64,000 nt of DNA from Dudresnaya verticillata. Lineage: Eukaryota. A model generated the notes under the pieces. That model searched no databases and was not told the origin of the DNA. It saw nothing but the letters and a program-made list of their open reading frames with translations. Below are positions 50,066 through 62,373 of this stretch, one piece after another. Made by a program: the position numbers and the translations under genes. The first letter of the stretch is position 1, and every line of letters begins with the position of its first letter. The stretch spans positions 186,001 through 250,000 of the forward strand of contig OZ374560.1 in the NCBI GenBank assembly GCA_977862235.1, written 5' to 3'.

Positions 50066-51864
50066 AATCAGCATCGCGACGAGAATACTCCTCCTCCTCC
50101 GCGTGTGATCCGTTCAGCTGAAGATTCAGAACGTCCGGTGCTGAGGAAGCTGAATTTTGTTCGCACTTGCGGCAAACGCTTCAACTTCAAGATCCCTCAA
50201 GTACCTCATCCGTCTTTTCTCTTCTACATCTTTGAACACATCACGGCAAAGCTTCCGCTCCCCTGAAGTCTTGACAACTTGGTACTTGTTGATTGCACGA
50301 GTGAAGTTTCTGACTTCGTGGTACACCATGGTCCTATTGTACTATGATGATGGAGTCTGCTGGACAGAGTTCATGCAAAAGGTACCTTTAAATATCTCTT
50401 GTTTACCAGGGCCCGCTTACATACGGAGTTGCTAACGAATGCGGCAATATCCCTTTGCCAAGATTTATTATCGATAGCTATGATAGGTATGGGAAATATT
50501 GCAGTTGAGGATAAATGAGTCTCTCTACGCCACCCCTATCCATGGAGCTGTTATTGAGGACAATGGGAAGAGTAGGGAGAATCCACTCTAGCCTCAAGCT
50601 GAGAAGTCCATAACGCTTTCTCTTTCTAGGTCTCTCTCCACGTATGGAGCCACTGTCGACGACAATTGACTAGCCTTCAAACGGAAACCCTGAACAACAA
50701 ACCTCTCCATTTGAGATGTGCAGCATTTTATATATCGTGCTGCCGTATCTCTTGTTTATCCTCCAAGTCCTGCAGTTTTCATCGTAGATACACGTGAGAT
50801 ATACATTTTGTTAAACGATACAAGGATGGAGTATGCTTTCGCTTCAACATGATGGAACCTTATCGTTTAGAACGAAAGAAGAGGGGCTTGATAGTCTCAC
50901 GCCCTGATTATATTGCGTACCTCAGGCTTTGTGATCTTGTCCTCTCGTGAACCGAAGGAAGATTCGAGCCGACCAAACTAAGTGGTTTTATGTTTGACTT
51001 GCGTCATGGCTTGTATTACAGCCGTACTCGTTGAGCAGCGGGTGGGAGGGCTGATGATGTCAATAGCTTCAACGTGACGCTCAGGGCTTTCTAGGTCTTG
51101 GTTTGGTAACGTGCTGCGGCGCTGCGACGTACCCTACTGCAAATTCAATACACTACATCTCTGGTGACGCTACTGTGGAAAAACATGATCCCATGAGGCA
51201 ATAACTTGAGACCTTTGTGCGCAGTTTGCACAACTCCACAACTCCACAACCAGCCAATTCTGAGAAGGTACGCGAAGCTTCGTACGCTTCTTAGAAGATT
51301 GAAGTTGGGCTATGGGCGGAACGAGTAGTCGAAAAACTCGACGCTCCGCGCTTACGAAGAAGTCGTTTGAGGAGGCGGCGAAAGTTGTGCAGAAGGCCAT
51401 GAATGTGACGGTGTATGCCTAACTTGAGTACCATTGCGGTGTTTGAACAACGCCGGACGTAGCTTGCATCGAAAGTAGTGGCATGCGCGAAGGAGGGGTA
51501 TTCCAAACTGCGGTTGCTTTGCGGAGGGTTCTGTGCTAGCCCTCCCCGAGGGGCGAGAGCTCTGCTGCTTGCGTCAGAGTTCGGCTCTCCGAGCGACTCG
51601 CAGGTGAAAAATTCCTGCTTACACTATTGGTGTAAAATTCGACTGTTCATACTTTCAAAATTTTCGTCCTCGACAAAGATCGCCGTCTCGCAGCACCGCC
51701 GGAATGATTCTTGATCCCCCAAATTGCCCCTTTCAAGAATAAACACGACACGGACGTCACCCCTCACTGATCCCAGCCATCGCAACACCGCCCTTGCTCC
51801 AGCCGTCCCTCTCCGTTGTCTCCGTTTGGATTTGCTTTCCAGTTGTGTCTCCTTTCATCCAACA

Positions 51865-52670
51865 ATGGTACGATACATCCATCTTCTCCCTAGCGCAACG
51901 AGGCACCTTGCTCGCGCGCTCTCTCCCGCTCATTTGTCTGCAAGCAGAGGTACGCATCTCAAAGGGAAACTCCATGCTGACCTCCTCCTCCTCGGCGATC
52001 TTATTTTCTTCAACATTCTCCACGCGCTGCAGGCCTCCAATCTCGACGAGAAGAAGACTTTCCAAGAGTATCTGCGAATGGGTCATGTGGTAGAGACCCT
52101 GGTGCAGTTGCTGTCTGAGCTCTTCAACGCGGTAAGTTCTACAAACTTCACTCTTTCACTATTGCCCGTATCTGCTACGAAATCTATTTTCTCCTGCCTT
52201 TGACTCGACCGTGACGACGTAGACTGACTTGAATATTTAATTTGTCTCTTGGCTAGAGCACGAGACCGGAAGACCCGCTGACCTACCTCGCCATGCGGCT
52301 GACAGAAATAGTCAGGAACCGCGCATCCGCTAAGACGGCAGAGGTTAGCAGCTCTATTTCCAATACCCCGAGAGAGCAGCCGCCCAGAGAGCAGCTGCCC
52401 AGAGAGCAGCCGCCCGGAGAGCAGCCGCCCAGAGAGCAGCCGCCCAGAGAGCAGCCACCCAGAGAGCAGCCAATGCAGCAGCAGGTCATTCCGGTTGCCA
52501 CTGTTACCATCTCTCCTCATCCCGAGCCGGTCCTTCCGGTTGCCGCTGTTACCATCTCCCCTCATCCCGAGCCGGTCCTTCCGGTTGCCACTGTTACTAT
52601 CTCCCCTCATCCCGAGCCGGTCCTTCCGTGTCCTAGCGCTCATGAGCGCATCCTTCCTGATCCACATTAG
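51865..52670 (+). CDS. Spliced MYCBP/AMY-1-like (dimerisation/docking fold) protein with repetitive tail; exons 51865-51867, 52033-52131, 52257-52670
   Basis: GT..AG introns with CTGAC branch motifs. The spliced product MASNLDEKKTFQEYLRMGHVVETLVQLLSELFNASTRPEDPLTYLAMRL parallels MYCBP KREQFRRYLEKSGVLDTLTKVLVALYEEPEKPNSALDFL. Confidence 0.75.
52368..52629 (+). repeat. Coding tandem repeats: 15 bp x7 (PREQP) and 48 bp x3 (PVATVTISPHPEPVL)
   Basis: Seen directly. Confidence 0.9.
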
Positions 52671-54681
52671 GAGCTTTCGTTTTCGATGGAGCTTCTGGAT
52701 TGCTACCGTAAATTCTCATTCCTGCTTCGTATTGCGGTGTGCATCTGAGACAAGCACGGCTAATGAGCTCCAACATAAACATGGGGTTTGAACGCGCCAG
52801 ACTGATCGGCACGATCGGCATGGGGCAGAAAACTTTAACTGTCTTTGCAATGTTTGACAGGAAGACAAGTGACCAACTGGATCGGCATGGTCAATTTTTC
52901 AGCTTCCTCTTTGGACGAGGGTTCCAGTGTTACTTAAGCCGCCTGGGTTGCACCCATTCGGGATTAGATTCTTGTTTCTACTCGTAAATGATTCGTCTTA
53001 TTTCTGCATAAGAACGAACAGGTCAAACATATGGCCACTTAGCTGCTCGAAGCTTTTGATAACCTTCAGCCCATCGTTCCGCTTCTGCGAGGTTTCCACT
53101 CGCTTTTGCGTCGGATACCCCCGCTTGCCTACTACACCTACCTTTTCCGTTTCCGCATCTTTTCCGTTACACGCCCCCTCAATTTGCCTCCTCCGTCCGG
53201 CTAGCAACGAGGGACTTCGGAAAGTGCTTCCACAGACTCTCTGTACATTCTCGGATGAATGGTAGTCTACAGCTTCTCTTACATTACCTTCGGTGGTCTT
53301 GGCTTCCGCCCTTCAACGTTCCTCATCACTCGTGTTCGCTTTGCTATATAAACTTTAAGCTCTTTCCTGCTCCTGCGTCACTATATGCTCATTGATCTCC
53401 TCCTTCCTTTCTCCGCGCTGGACTCGCCATCTTTCTCTCTCTCGACTCCTAGAATCAGGAGAACATCTCTTAGCAGACGTACAAGAACAGGGCCTTCGTG
53501 AAATGCACACGCTCTCGTCACACTATCTCAGAGTTTGTAGCAGCCTTGGAGTGGAACTTCGCCCTGTTAACCAATATATATATGATCGTATGTGCGTTTG
53601 TTTCGAACATGTAGCCCAGAGAGTTGCTTCTAGTCACCATTAATGGTATCTATCTCTATCTCTCTCTCATGGCCGTGAAGAAAGGCATCTCTCCTGCTGC
53701 TCGAAAATTCAACTGACTACTCATCTTGTTCTCTTGTTCTCCACAGTAGCGCTCTCAACTTCACTCCAAGCAAACATTCCTCCACTATTTTGAGTTACAG
53801 TCCTTGAGGGCAGGTTGAAGGTTGACAACTTTGTTGTTCCGAAGGTGGAGGATCTTGCCGTTTTCGTCAGATATTACAACGCTTTCTGCCTGTCCTCTCC
53901 AGTTTCTGTACAATGCTCTGATGATCATTTCGAACGCCTTTTGTATGCTCACGTATGGCGTTGCCGAGCCGCATGTGAACAGTGAGAAGGGCTTCGCGTG
54001 CGTAACACTGTCTGTTGCCCAAGGGTGTAACGTGTTACACACAGGTCTAGCAGATAGCGTTGCACCCCCATTCATACTCGGCGAAGTCCATATTCGAAGC
54101 GTGCATTCCAGTAAGGATCCGGCAAGGACACCCTACTCAAGCCGGCATGAAGATGACGAAGTCCCCACTCGAGGACTGCGTGTGGTCCAGCCCAGGAACA
54201 GTACCCGCCTAGCGCCCGAAATGGACACCATTCCGTTCCAGGTACATAGAGCCATGATGATAAACACAGCTCTGTGAGTTTTCGTCGTCCCGTCTGTCGC
54301 TGCCGTTGCGAGCAACGCGACTTGATCAGTATGTGGGGCTGCTTGTCGAGCAACGAGCGCTTAGTTCGACAGCTGACGTATAGGACAATAGTCTTAAGTC
54401 TGGGCATGGAGCAAAAGGTCAGTAGCAAGGATGAGTCTTGGACGCGAGTGCGGGGAAAAGTCATACTTTGTGTGGGACACTTTGTTCACCATTCTTTGAC
54501 CTGAACCTGTCTGCAACCGTCTATTGGCAAATCTGCCACCAATGAGGCCCATGAAGACTCTCCATTGGTGGGAGATTTGTAAAACTTCTCCGCCCACAGG
54601 CTGTAGGTCGCTAACAACGGCTAGGCAACGAAAGGCATTCGTATTATCCTGGATAGTCTGTCAAGTCTGAGGGTGCTCATC

Positions 54682-55058
54682 ATGGCTGATAAAGAAGGAG
54701 CGGCGAAAAGAAATCTCGCTATTGGTCCAAGGATGAGCACGCACGCTACATCGACGGGCTAAAGCGTTTTGGTTGCCATTCCCCCGGGCGCGTCGCGAAC
54801 GTAGTTGGGACAAGAAGTCCGAGTCAGGTTCGAAATCACCAGCGGAAGGTTGTCAGGGAGGCGAAGAAGATTATGCGAGAGAGCAGCCTAGAAGAGCTGG
54901 TGGGTCCGTACGTCGACTCGAAGCGTTACAACCCTGGCGGTAGTAAGATGTACAAGGAGAGGCATGTGCCGAGAGAGTGAGGTCTTCCCCAGCTAGGGGC
55001 CCTGGCTGATGAGCTCAAACCCGATTGCAATGACTCGGAGGGAAGAAAGGAAAAACTA
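54682..55058 (+). pseudogene. Duplicate MYB pseudogene
   Basis: Paralog of 49676-50065 with a 1-nt deletion near the start, a 12-nt deletion after the MYB helix and TGA at 54978. Confidence 0.88.
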
Positions 55059-56422
55059 AAATCGACAAGAAATCGGCATCGAGACAAGAAAGCTCTCCGC
55101 GGGTGATCCATTCAGTTGAAGTTGCAAGACTTCCGATCCGATGCTAAGAAGCCGAACACAGCTTCACATATGAGCTTCAAGAAACGTATCAAGTAGTTCA
55201 CCCGATTTTTGCTTGCGGCATCCCGACAATGTTCTGTTCTCGCTCGGGTGAAGTCTTGTCAACTTCAGAACGCTTGAGTGAACACACATGAGATCCTGAA
55301 GAGCTCTCTCTGGTACTTTTGTACCATGATGATAGCGTCCGTCGCACAGCCTCCACACAAATGCATCTTCCAGCTTTCTTTTTCCCAGAGCCCGCTTTCA
55401 TACGGTCTTGCTATGAGGTGTAGCGATATCTCTTCCAAGCTTTTCTATCGATATCTATGGTAGAATCAGCGAACGTTGAAGCTGAGAGTAAACTGGTTTT
55501 CAATATCGTCTCCCCACATCTACGGACATCTTTTGAGGACACTTGAAAATCCACAGTATTCTAGCGATAGATGGATGGCGTCGGTCTGTGGAGCGCGACG
55601 CACTGCTGCACAGCTCTTTTCGGGGTGTGCCAGGGCGATGCGCTGCAGCGTTCACATGTGTCTACAGTTATCTGCAAACCTTGTAAACTCCAAGACTCGT
55701 TCTTGATCTTACCGTCGGGATGAGGGAGATGAGATGATCTCAAGTAAATGACGCGAGACGTTAACTGGAAGTCAGCATAACTCCATTGTCAGCCAATTCT
55801 AGATGGTACATGAAGCCTTCCTTTTCGTAAGTTTCTAACACTACTTCACTCGGACCTTGGTTGGAATGAATCCAACAGCTTGAATTTCTCCGTATGCGGG
55901 CAAGTCGGTTCTGAGGGTGGAAACCTTTTGCTGCTTACCTGTTTCGTACCGTGGGTTTTCGAGTTCGCGGGAAGCCAGGAAGTAGCACAGCAGCGTCAAG
56001 TGCAGTGCCTGCCCAGAATGCATGAAGAATCCCAAACAATGGTAGCTGTGTCGTTGCGAAGACGCTTGTGTTGCCCCGCCGCGGGCTGCAAGACTGCTAC
56101 TCAGCTCTCCACATGAAACCGGAAGGGCTGCTGTTTACAGTCTACTTCTTGTGTCAAATTCGACAGTTTGGGCGAAAAGCTTTCCATATTTTCGTATCGC
56201 CCAAAAAGGACAACGCATTTTGGCTGGCGGGTCGCAGAGAGCAAAAAAGTAGAGGTCTTTGATCTTCCCAAACAGCTTTCAAGCAACCCTCGAGGCAGCA
56301 GAAACTCGACCCAGATGCTACCCTCACTGACCTATCTTTCGTAACACCGCCCTAGCTCTTGCCCTTCTCCTTCGTCTGCTGCTTGGATTTGCTTTTCAGT
56401 TGTCCCTTTTTATTATCCAACA

Positions 56423-57020
56423 ATGGTACGATATATCCATCTTTTCCCCAAGGCAAGGAGGCTCCCTGCAGGCTCTTACCTTCCCATTCATCGGCGAGCG
56501 TCGATGCTCATCTCAAAGGGAAACTCTATGCTGAATTCCTCCTCCTCGGTGATCTTATTGTCTTCAATGTTCTCCATGCGCTGCAGGCCCCCAATCTAGA
56601 TGGCAAGAAGACGTTCCGAGAGTATCTGCAGGCGCGTCATGTGATGGAGACCCTGGCCCAGTTGCTGTCTGAGCTCTTCAACGCGGTAAGTTCTGCACAC
56701 TTCACTCTTTCACTCTTGTTCGTATCCGATACGAAACCTATCTTTTTCTGCCTTTGCCTCAATCATGACGACCTCGACTGACTTGAATCTATAATTTGTC
56801 TCTTGGCTAGAGCACGAGACCGGAAGACCCACTGACCTGCCTCGCCATGCGGCTGACGGAAATCGTCAGGAACAGTTCATCCACTAACACGGCAGAGGTT
56901 AGCACCGTTGCTTCCCATACGCCGAGAGAGCCCCCGCCTAGGGAGCAGCCGCCCAGGGAGCAGCCGCTTAGGGAGCAGCCGCGCAGAGAGCAGCCGCGCA
57001 GAGAGCAGCCAATGCAGTAG
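56423..57020 (+). CDS. Duplicate MYCBP-like gene with shorter tail; exons 56423-56425, 56587-56685, 56811-57020
   Basis: Same splice sites as copy 1; CAG>TAG at 57018 truncates the tail. May be a pseudogene. Confidence 0.65.
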
Positions 57021-59145
57021 GCCAATCCGGTTGTCATTGCTACCATCTCCCCTCCTCCCGAGCCGGTCCTTCCGTGTCCTAGTGCTCACGGGCGCATCTT
57101 TCCTGATCCGCAGTAGGCGCTCACATCTTCGAAGGAGCTTCTGGATTGCTACCCTACGTTCAATAATTCCTGCTTGTGTTGCGGTGTGCAAGTTCCTATG
57201 CTTCGTGGACCCAGGAATGACTTCAGGAAACGTGGGGCAACCAGTCAGAACCCTCAATTCTACAGAATGGAACAACACTCTGGGTCAAGCACGGCTTTTA
57301 AGTACACCCTGAACATGGGGCTTGAACACGCCAGTTTGGTCGGCATCTCGAGTCTGAAAACTTGAATGTTGTGGCAGTATTAGGCAGAAAGGCAAACAGT
57401 CGACCCGGATCGTTATTGTCTAGCCAACTATGCAGTTCCCTCTTCAAACGAGGTCGCTTCAGTGTCAGTTAGGTTGTGACGATGACACGAAAAAGCTCAT
57501 TCACGGCTAGACTAGACTCTGGTTTCTGCCCGAAAATCGTTCTTCGTGATTCTACGTGAGAAAGAACATATTAATGTACCGCTGGATGCAAACGAACAGC
57601 ATATCTCAGAACTACAGCTGCTTCTCGAAGCTTTGGATTGCCCTCAACTTACTTTGCTATTTTGCTGGATTCTCGCAGCTATGGTACCTTCTGCGATACA
57701 ACCCACCGCAATCAAACTCCACCGTTGTATCTGCTACCAACGAGGGAAAGTGAATGGTTTTTCATGGGCTCTCAGTATGTAGAGTCACTCGGAACAGAAA
57801 TGGCAAGCAGCTTCTTTACCTTTGGCCTGGCATGTTCTTGGTCTCCGATCTGCAACTTCGCTCAGTGGTATTGGCTATGTGAACTTTGAGCTCTTGTCTG
57901 CCATTCTCATCTATCTTCTTCTTGATATCCTCCTCCCTTTTAGCGCTCTCATGCTGCTGCCATCTCTCTTTCATCTCAATCTCTATGCGTCCGTTCTATC
58001 CTCAGGACCCAGAAAGCGGTACGAGCTCTCTCTTCTCCGCTGCCGATTGCCCCCAGATCATTCACTAAAGCTTTTCAAAATGTTCAATCTTCAATTTGTA
58101 TCCTATTAACCTCAAACATGCTCATGTGCAGAAAAGTATTTCAGAAGCCAGTTCGGGGCACACTTTCAGCATCTCTATACGGGATTTCGTCTGGTTCGAG
58201 AGCCTTTCCGCCTGAAATGAGAAGGTGGCTCTCTCGAGTGACTTTTTAAACGAAACAGGGCTGCAGCAGATTCGTGGGTACAGGGAGTGTCATATGGGGA
58301 GTTCATGTGAGGGGTGACGGGCTGTCCGTCCACCGCCCGAGATCCACACGCTGCAAGCATGAGTTCCATCTACGTTTCATTCTCCTGTTCCCGCTTTATT
58401 GCTTGCGGGCGAGACTGGTGGTGCGTTGTAATTGCTTGAATTCCTCTATAAGGGTATCTCTCTCTACTTCATTCCTTGGCATCAAGAGCCTGCAGAATGT
58501 ACGTTGTGTCGCTGTTTTCTGAGTTCGTGCTGTCCTGGTAGGCAGCTATTCTTGTTGTGGAATGGTTTGGAAGATTCTTTTTGCCTCCGCCAGGTTCTGT
58601 GTCCTCGAAAAAGTCTTGAACCAGGGCTGAGGCTTTCCTTGTACTTTGGGCATTGAAGTCTTCTTTTATTATTGTCCAGCCTTCCAAGGGACTGTTCACG
58701 AGGTTGAGGACATGCTAGAAGGAGTTGGATCGTGGTGCCCGGACCTAATCTAGACCTGAAAACAATGTCCCCAACATCCTAAGTATGGATGCACAATACT
58801 TGGGCAGTGTGGGGTAGTTGGGTGGGTTCGGTTGGAGGTTGTATCTTGTCCAAGAAATTGTGAAAGCATTAAGAACCTTGCAGAAAATCTATAGAACTTT
58901 GCAGAGGATCGGAACAGTCAAAGCCATGTACAAAGACCATTCTCGTTCTCTCTTGCTGAAATATCGAGACCAAGGAGCATACGCTCGGTTCGCCATAATA
59001 CCAACATTTATTTCCACACCCACGCAGACTATAGGATAAGATCAACACATCAGCCTACGTATCACAGGATACACAACTTATTGCAAAGCTCCAAGGCTCC
59101 AAGCACCAGAACCCTCTGGAACAAGTATTTGATTTCTCGCTTCCG

Positions 59146-61101
59146 TTACTCGTCCTTGTCGCATACGTTGATGTGCTGGATAAGATCAGCCCGACTCTTG
59201 AAGCTAACGTTGCACATACTGCATTCAAACGCCTTGCGTCGTGAATGTGTGCTTTGCACGTGGCGCCGCCGGTCCTCCTCGGAAATAAAGAGTGCTGGGC
59301 ACTTGTTGCATGCGAATCGCATAGGCTTTCCTCGGGGAGCAACGCGCTCATGTTTGTCCCAAACATGTAACTCAAGGGCTGCGTACGTATCCAGAGTCGT
59401 GCCACACAAACCACAACTTCTCTTCTCTTTGTCCCAGTGTAATCCTCTAGCATGCATATCCCTCAAGGATTCGGTTTCAAACCTTCTCTTGCATGCACTA
59501 TCAGGACACTCGAAGCCCACAGCTCCAGGATTACTCGTTGCAGTGGTATTTCCATCAGTATCATTGGGGACGGAGGGATGGACATCGTTTGACGACAGAT
59601 CTCCTTTCCTATTTTGCTTGCCTTGCTGACGCGATTCGGTTTCGATAGTACCTGGGTGGTTGTCAAGAGGGCCACGTAGCAAAGCACTTGGGCTAGGCCC
59701 AGATCCATCAGTACCATCAGTAGTAGCACTGCGAGAAGGTGCGGAACTCTGCTTTGCGCCTGTGGTTTTTCCCATATCAAGCTTTTGGGTTGAGCCACCA
59801 CGACTCGGTGCCTCATCAACTCTTTCATGACTGTCTCCCGTCGAACGATTAGTCTGCGCATAGACATTCTTAGTCTTCACTCTTTTCCCCTCAAAATCAG
59901 AGTCTATATCAGGGTGACCCCGTTTCCACACTGCAGATCTGCTCGAAGGGTTTGAAGTCTCCTGCGGAACAGGTAGGCTGACGTTTTCTTCTGACGGTTT
60001 GAGACGCAGCAGAGGCCCATAAGGATAAAAGCGATAGTTGCTCCCAAATTGGACAGGGGTAGACCGATTGATGGGTGTGGGTGTCGGACTTTGGTATGAA
60101 TACCCTGCAGTAGGATGAGAACGACTGAAATAAGGAAAGTCGTTCTTCTCCAGACTCTGCATGTGCATGTGGGCATCAACTCCCTCAACTCGGTTCTGCT
60201 GTGCGTAGAAGGAGCTATGACCGGAGGTGCCCACTTTTTGTGCCTCGCAATTCCGGCCCGGAGATTCAGCATGCCGAAGACTAGGGATTGTCGGGGTATA
60301 GAGTTGCTGGGGAAAACTCTTTGCGTTCCGCTCAAGGTTGCGATGCTGCTGAAACGGGCCAATGGCATCTTTATCCTGGGCAGTACGAGTCTCGTTGAGG
60401 TTCATGGTCGGATCCATCTGTGTCGGGTTTGTGGGAGACGGTGAGGAAAAGTTGCGAATGTCCTGGCTGCGAGTGGTTCGAGCATGAATATGCGCTTGAG
60501 AACCTAGGCCGATGTCGATAGCATGACGCAAACGAAGCGACGTGTTGCGATGGTGATAATTAGCAGGTCCGACGGCGAAAGCACGATTGCCTGTGTTCTG
60601 AGTGGAGATGGCAGGCTCAGCATGGAAATTTCTCTGCGGACTATGAAAGGTCCTACGAGCAATACGCGGACTAGATGGGATGCTTGGATACGCTGATGCA
60701 GTGGGATAGTGGTGTATCGGGTGCATGAGCGGAACAAGGTTGTTGTTGTGGTTCTCGACAGAACTTGCATGGGGATCTGCTCTCTTCTCAAGTCGATTAA
60801 CATAGACGGTGTTGCGATTACCAGCAGCTTGCGCAGAGGTATGAGAAGGCCTTTGCGTTGGTGCAGATGCAGAAGCAGTGAGTGGGGCTGAATGAAGATG
60901 TTTGTTTGGAAGTGCGTTGGAATGTTGGGCGGCATCGAGACTGTTGTGGTGAAGCTGCGAGGGATTCTGTAAGTGGCACGAACGATGGGCATGGTGACGT
61001 GGGAATCGTTGAGTGGACGAAGGCGTTCCGACGTTGGAGTTGGGCTGAATACGGTCCTCCTCATCGTCGTGAACAGACGTGGCTGTTGCAGTAGGCGCCA
61101 T
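59146..61101 (-). CDS. C2H2 zinc-finger protein (651 aa, four C-terminal fingers)
   Basis: CPDSAC..HARGLH, CGLC..HVWDKH, CNKC..HVQSTH, CSMC..HINVC. First plausible ATG is MAPTAT at 61101. Confidence 0.88.
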   Translation of the reverse strand: MAPTATATSVHDDEEDRIQPNSNVGTPSSTQRFPRHHAHRSCHLQNPSQLHHNSLDAAQHSNALPNKHLHSAPLTASASAPTQRPSHTSAQAAGNRNTVYVNRLEKRADPHASSVENHNNNLVPLMHPIHHYPTASAYPSIPSSPRIARRTFHSPQRNFHAEPAISTQNTGNRAFAVGPANYHHRNTSLRLRHAIDIGLGSQAHIHARTTRSQDIRNFSSPSPTNPTQMDPTMNLNETRTAQDKDAIGPFQQHRNLERNAKSFPQQLYTPTIPSLRHAESPGRNCEAQKVGTSGHSSFYAQQNRVEGVDAHMHMQSLEKNDFPYFSRSHPTAGYSYQSPTPTPINRSTPVQFGSNYRFYPYGPLLRLKPSEENVSLPVPQETSNPSSRSAVWKRGHPDIDSDFEGKRVKTKNVYAQTNRSTGDSHERVDEAPSRGGSTQKLDMGKTTGAKQSSAPSRSATTDGTDGSGPSPSALLRGPLDNHPGTIETESRQQGKQNRKGDLSSNDVHPSVPNDTDGNTTATSNPGAVGFECPDSACKRRFETESLRDMHARGLHWDKEKRSCGLCGTTLDTYAALELHVWDKHERVAPRGKPMRFACNKCPALFISEEDRRRHVQSTHSRRKAFECSMCNVSFKSRADLIQHINVCDKDE

Positions 61102-61383
61102 GCCAGGTTTTGTGGTGTCAAAGAGAGTTGAGCGGCGGCCGGGGCAGGGCGAGGTTGCGTGCGGAAACACGGGAAGACGGGGAAGAGGTTGGGCGACGGC
61201 CGGAAGATTGCGTTGTTGTGCGCGACTTACAGCGCGCTTCGGCCAAGAGCCAATTATATGTTTTTCGGAAACATCCAGTGACGGCGCGGCGCTGTTCCAG
61301 ACGGACACGTACGAAACAATATAATAATAAATGCAAAGTGTCCCACCCGCTCCGCTCGCACCGCCCCCGCCCCCCCCCGCCGC

Positions 61384-62373
61384 ATGCGCTCGCCCTCCGC
61401 CCTCCGCCCTCCGCCCTCCGCCCTCCGCCCTCCGCCCCACCACCACCAACTCCAACCGCCACCGCCACCGCCGCCGCCCCAAATGCGTCTCGCCGTCGCA
61501 CAGCCGCCGCCCGCCGCCGCGCCGCCGCGCCTGCCGCCCAAGCTGCGCTTCAAGGCGCGTCACCGCCGCCGCGTGCGCCGCATCCGCACTCTGCAGCAGC
61601 AACAGCAACGACAGCAGCAACAGCAACAACAACAACGACGACGACGACAACGAGAACAACAACCGCAGCCGCTGCCGCCACCACCTCTGCAACCCGCCGC
61701 GCCCGCGCCCGCGCCCGCGCCTGCCGCGCTCCCCGTGCTCCCCGTGCTCCCGGCGCTCCCGGCGCTCCCGGCACTCGCGCCGCTCCCCGCACTGCCCGCA
61801 CTCCCGGTGCTCCCCGCACTGCCCGTTCTCCCGCCGCTGCGCCACTGCGCCCCGCTCCACGCAGCAGCACCGCCGCCAATGCCGATGCCAATGCCAATGC
61901 CACCGCCAATGCCAATGCCACCGCCGCCGCCGCCACCACCACCACCACCGCCGCCAGCGCCAGCACCAACGCCAGCCTCGCGCTCACTGCCGCCTCCGCG
62001 GCCGCCGCAGCTCCACCACCACCACCACCACCACCACCCCCACCTCGCGAAGGTCGAACGGCAGCCGGACCCGCGCATCCAAACCCAACCGCACCACCCG
62101 CATACCAACCACACCACCACCACCACCATCACCACCACCACCACCACCACCATGACCACGACCACCGACAACAGCAACAACAACAACAACCACGCCCCCG
62201 CCCGCCCGCGCCGCGCGCCGCCCATGTGCCAGCGCGTGGGCCTGTGGCAGCTGCGCCATGCGCAAGCAGAGTCGCACCCCTCTTCCTCGCCGCCGCCCTC
62301 GCCCGTGCCCGCGCCCGCGCGCGCCGCCATCGCCACCGCCGCCGCCGCCGACCACGCCCACCGGCCCAGCTGA
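61384..62373 (+). CDS. Possible low-complexity Pro/Gln/His/Thr-rich protein divergent from the zinc-finger gene
   Basis: Open frame with polyQ/P/H/T/N tracts and short motifs LPPKLRFK and GLWQLRHA; AT-rich TATA-like stretch at ~61319-61332. Several frames are open, so the call is weak. Confidence 0.4.
   Translation: MRSPSALRPPPSALRPPPHHHQLQPPPPPPPPQMRLAVAQPPPAAAPPRLPPKLRFKARHRRRVRRIRTLQQQQQRQQQQQQQQRRRRQREQQPQPLPPPPLQPAAPAPAPAPAALPVLPVLPALPALPALAPLPALPALPVLPALPVLPPLRHCAPLHAAAPPPMPMPMPMPPPMPMPPPPPPPPPPPPPAPAPTPASRSLPPPRPPQLHHHHHHHHPHLAKVERQPDPRIQTQPHHPHTNHTTTTTITTTTTTTMTTTTDNSNNNNNHAPARPRRAPPMCQRVGLWQLRHAQAESHPSSSPPPSPVPAPARAAIATAAAADHAHRPS

Noticed and set aside
52368..52629. CRISPR-like repeat array
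   Set aside because: Head-to-tail coding repeats with no unique spacers and no cas genes; eukaryotic context.
61102..61860. 253-aa N-terminal extension of the zinc-finger protein
   Set aside because: GTG start and translation of simple repeats; the ATG at 61101 is more plausible.
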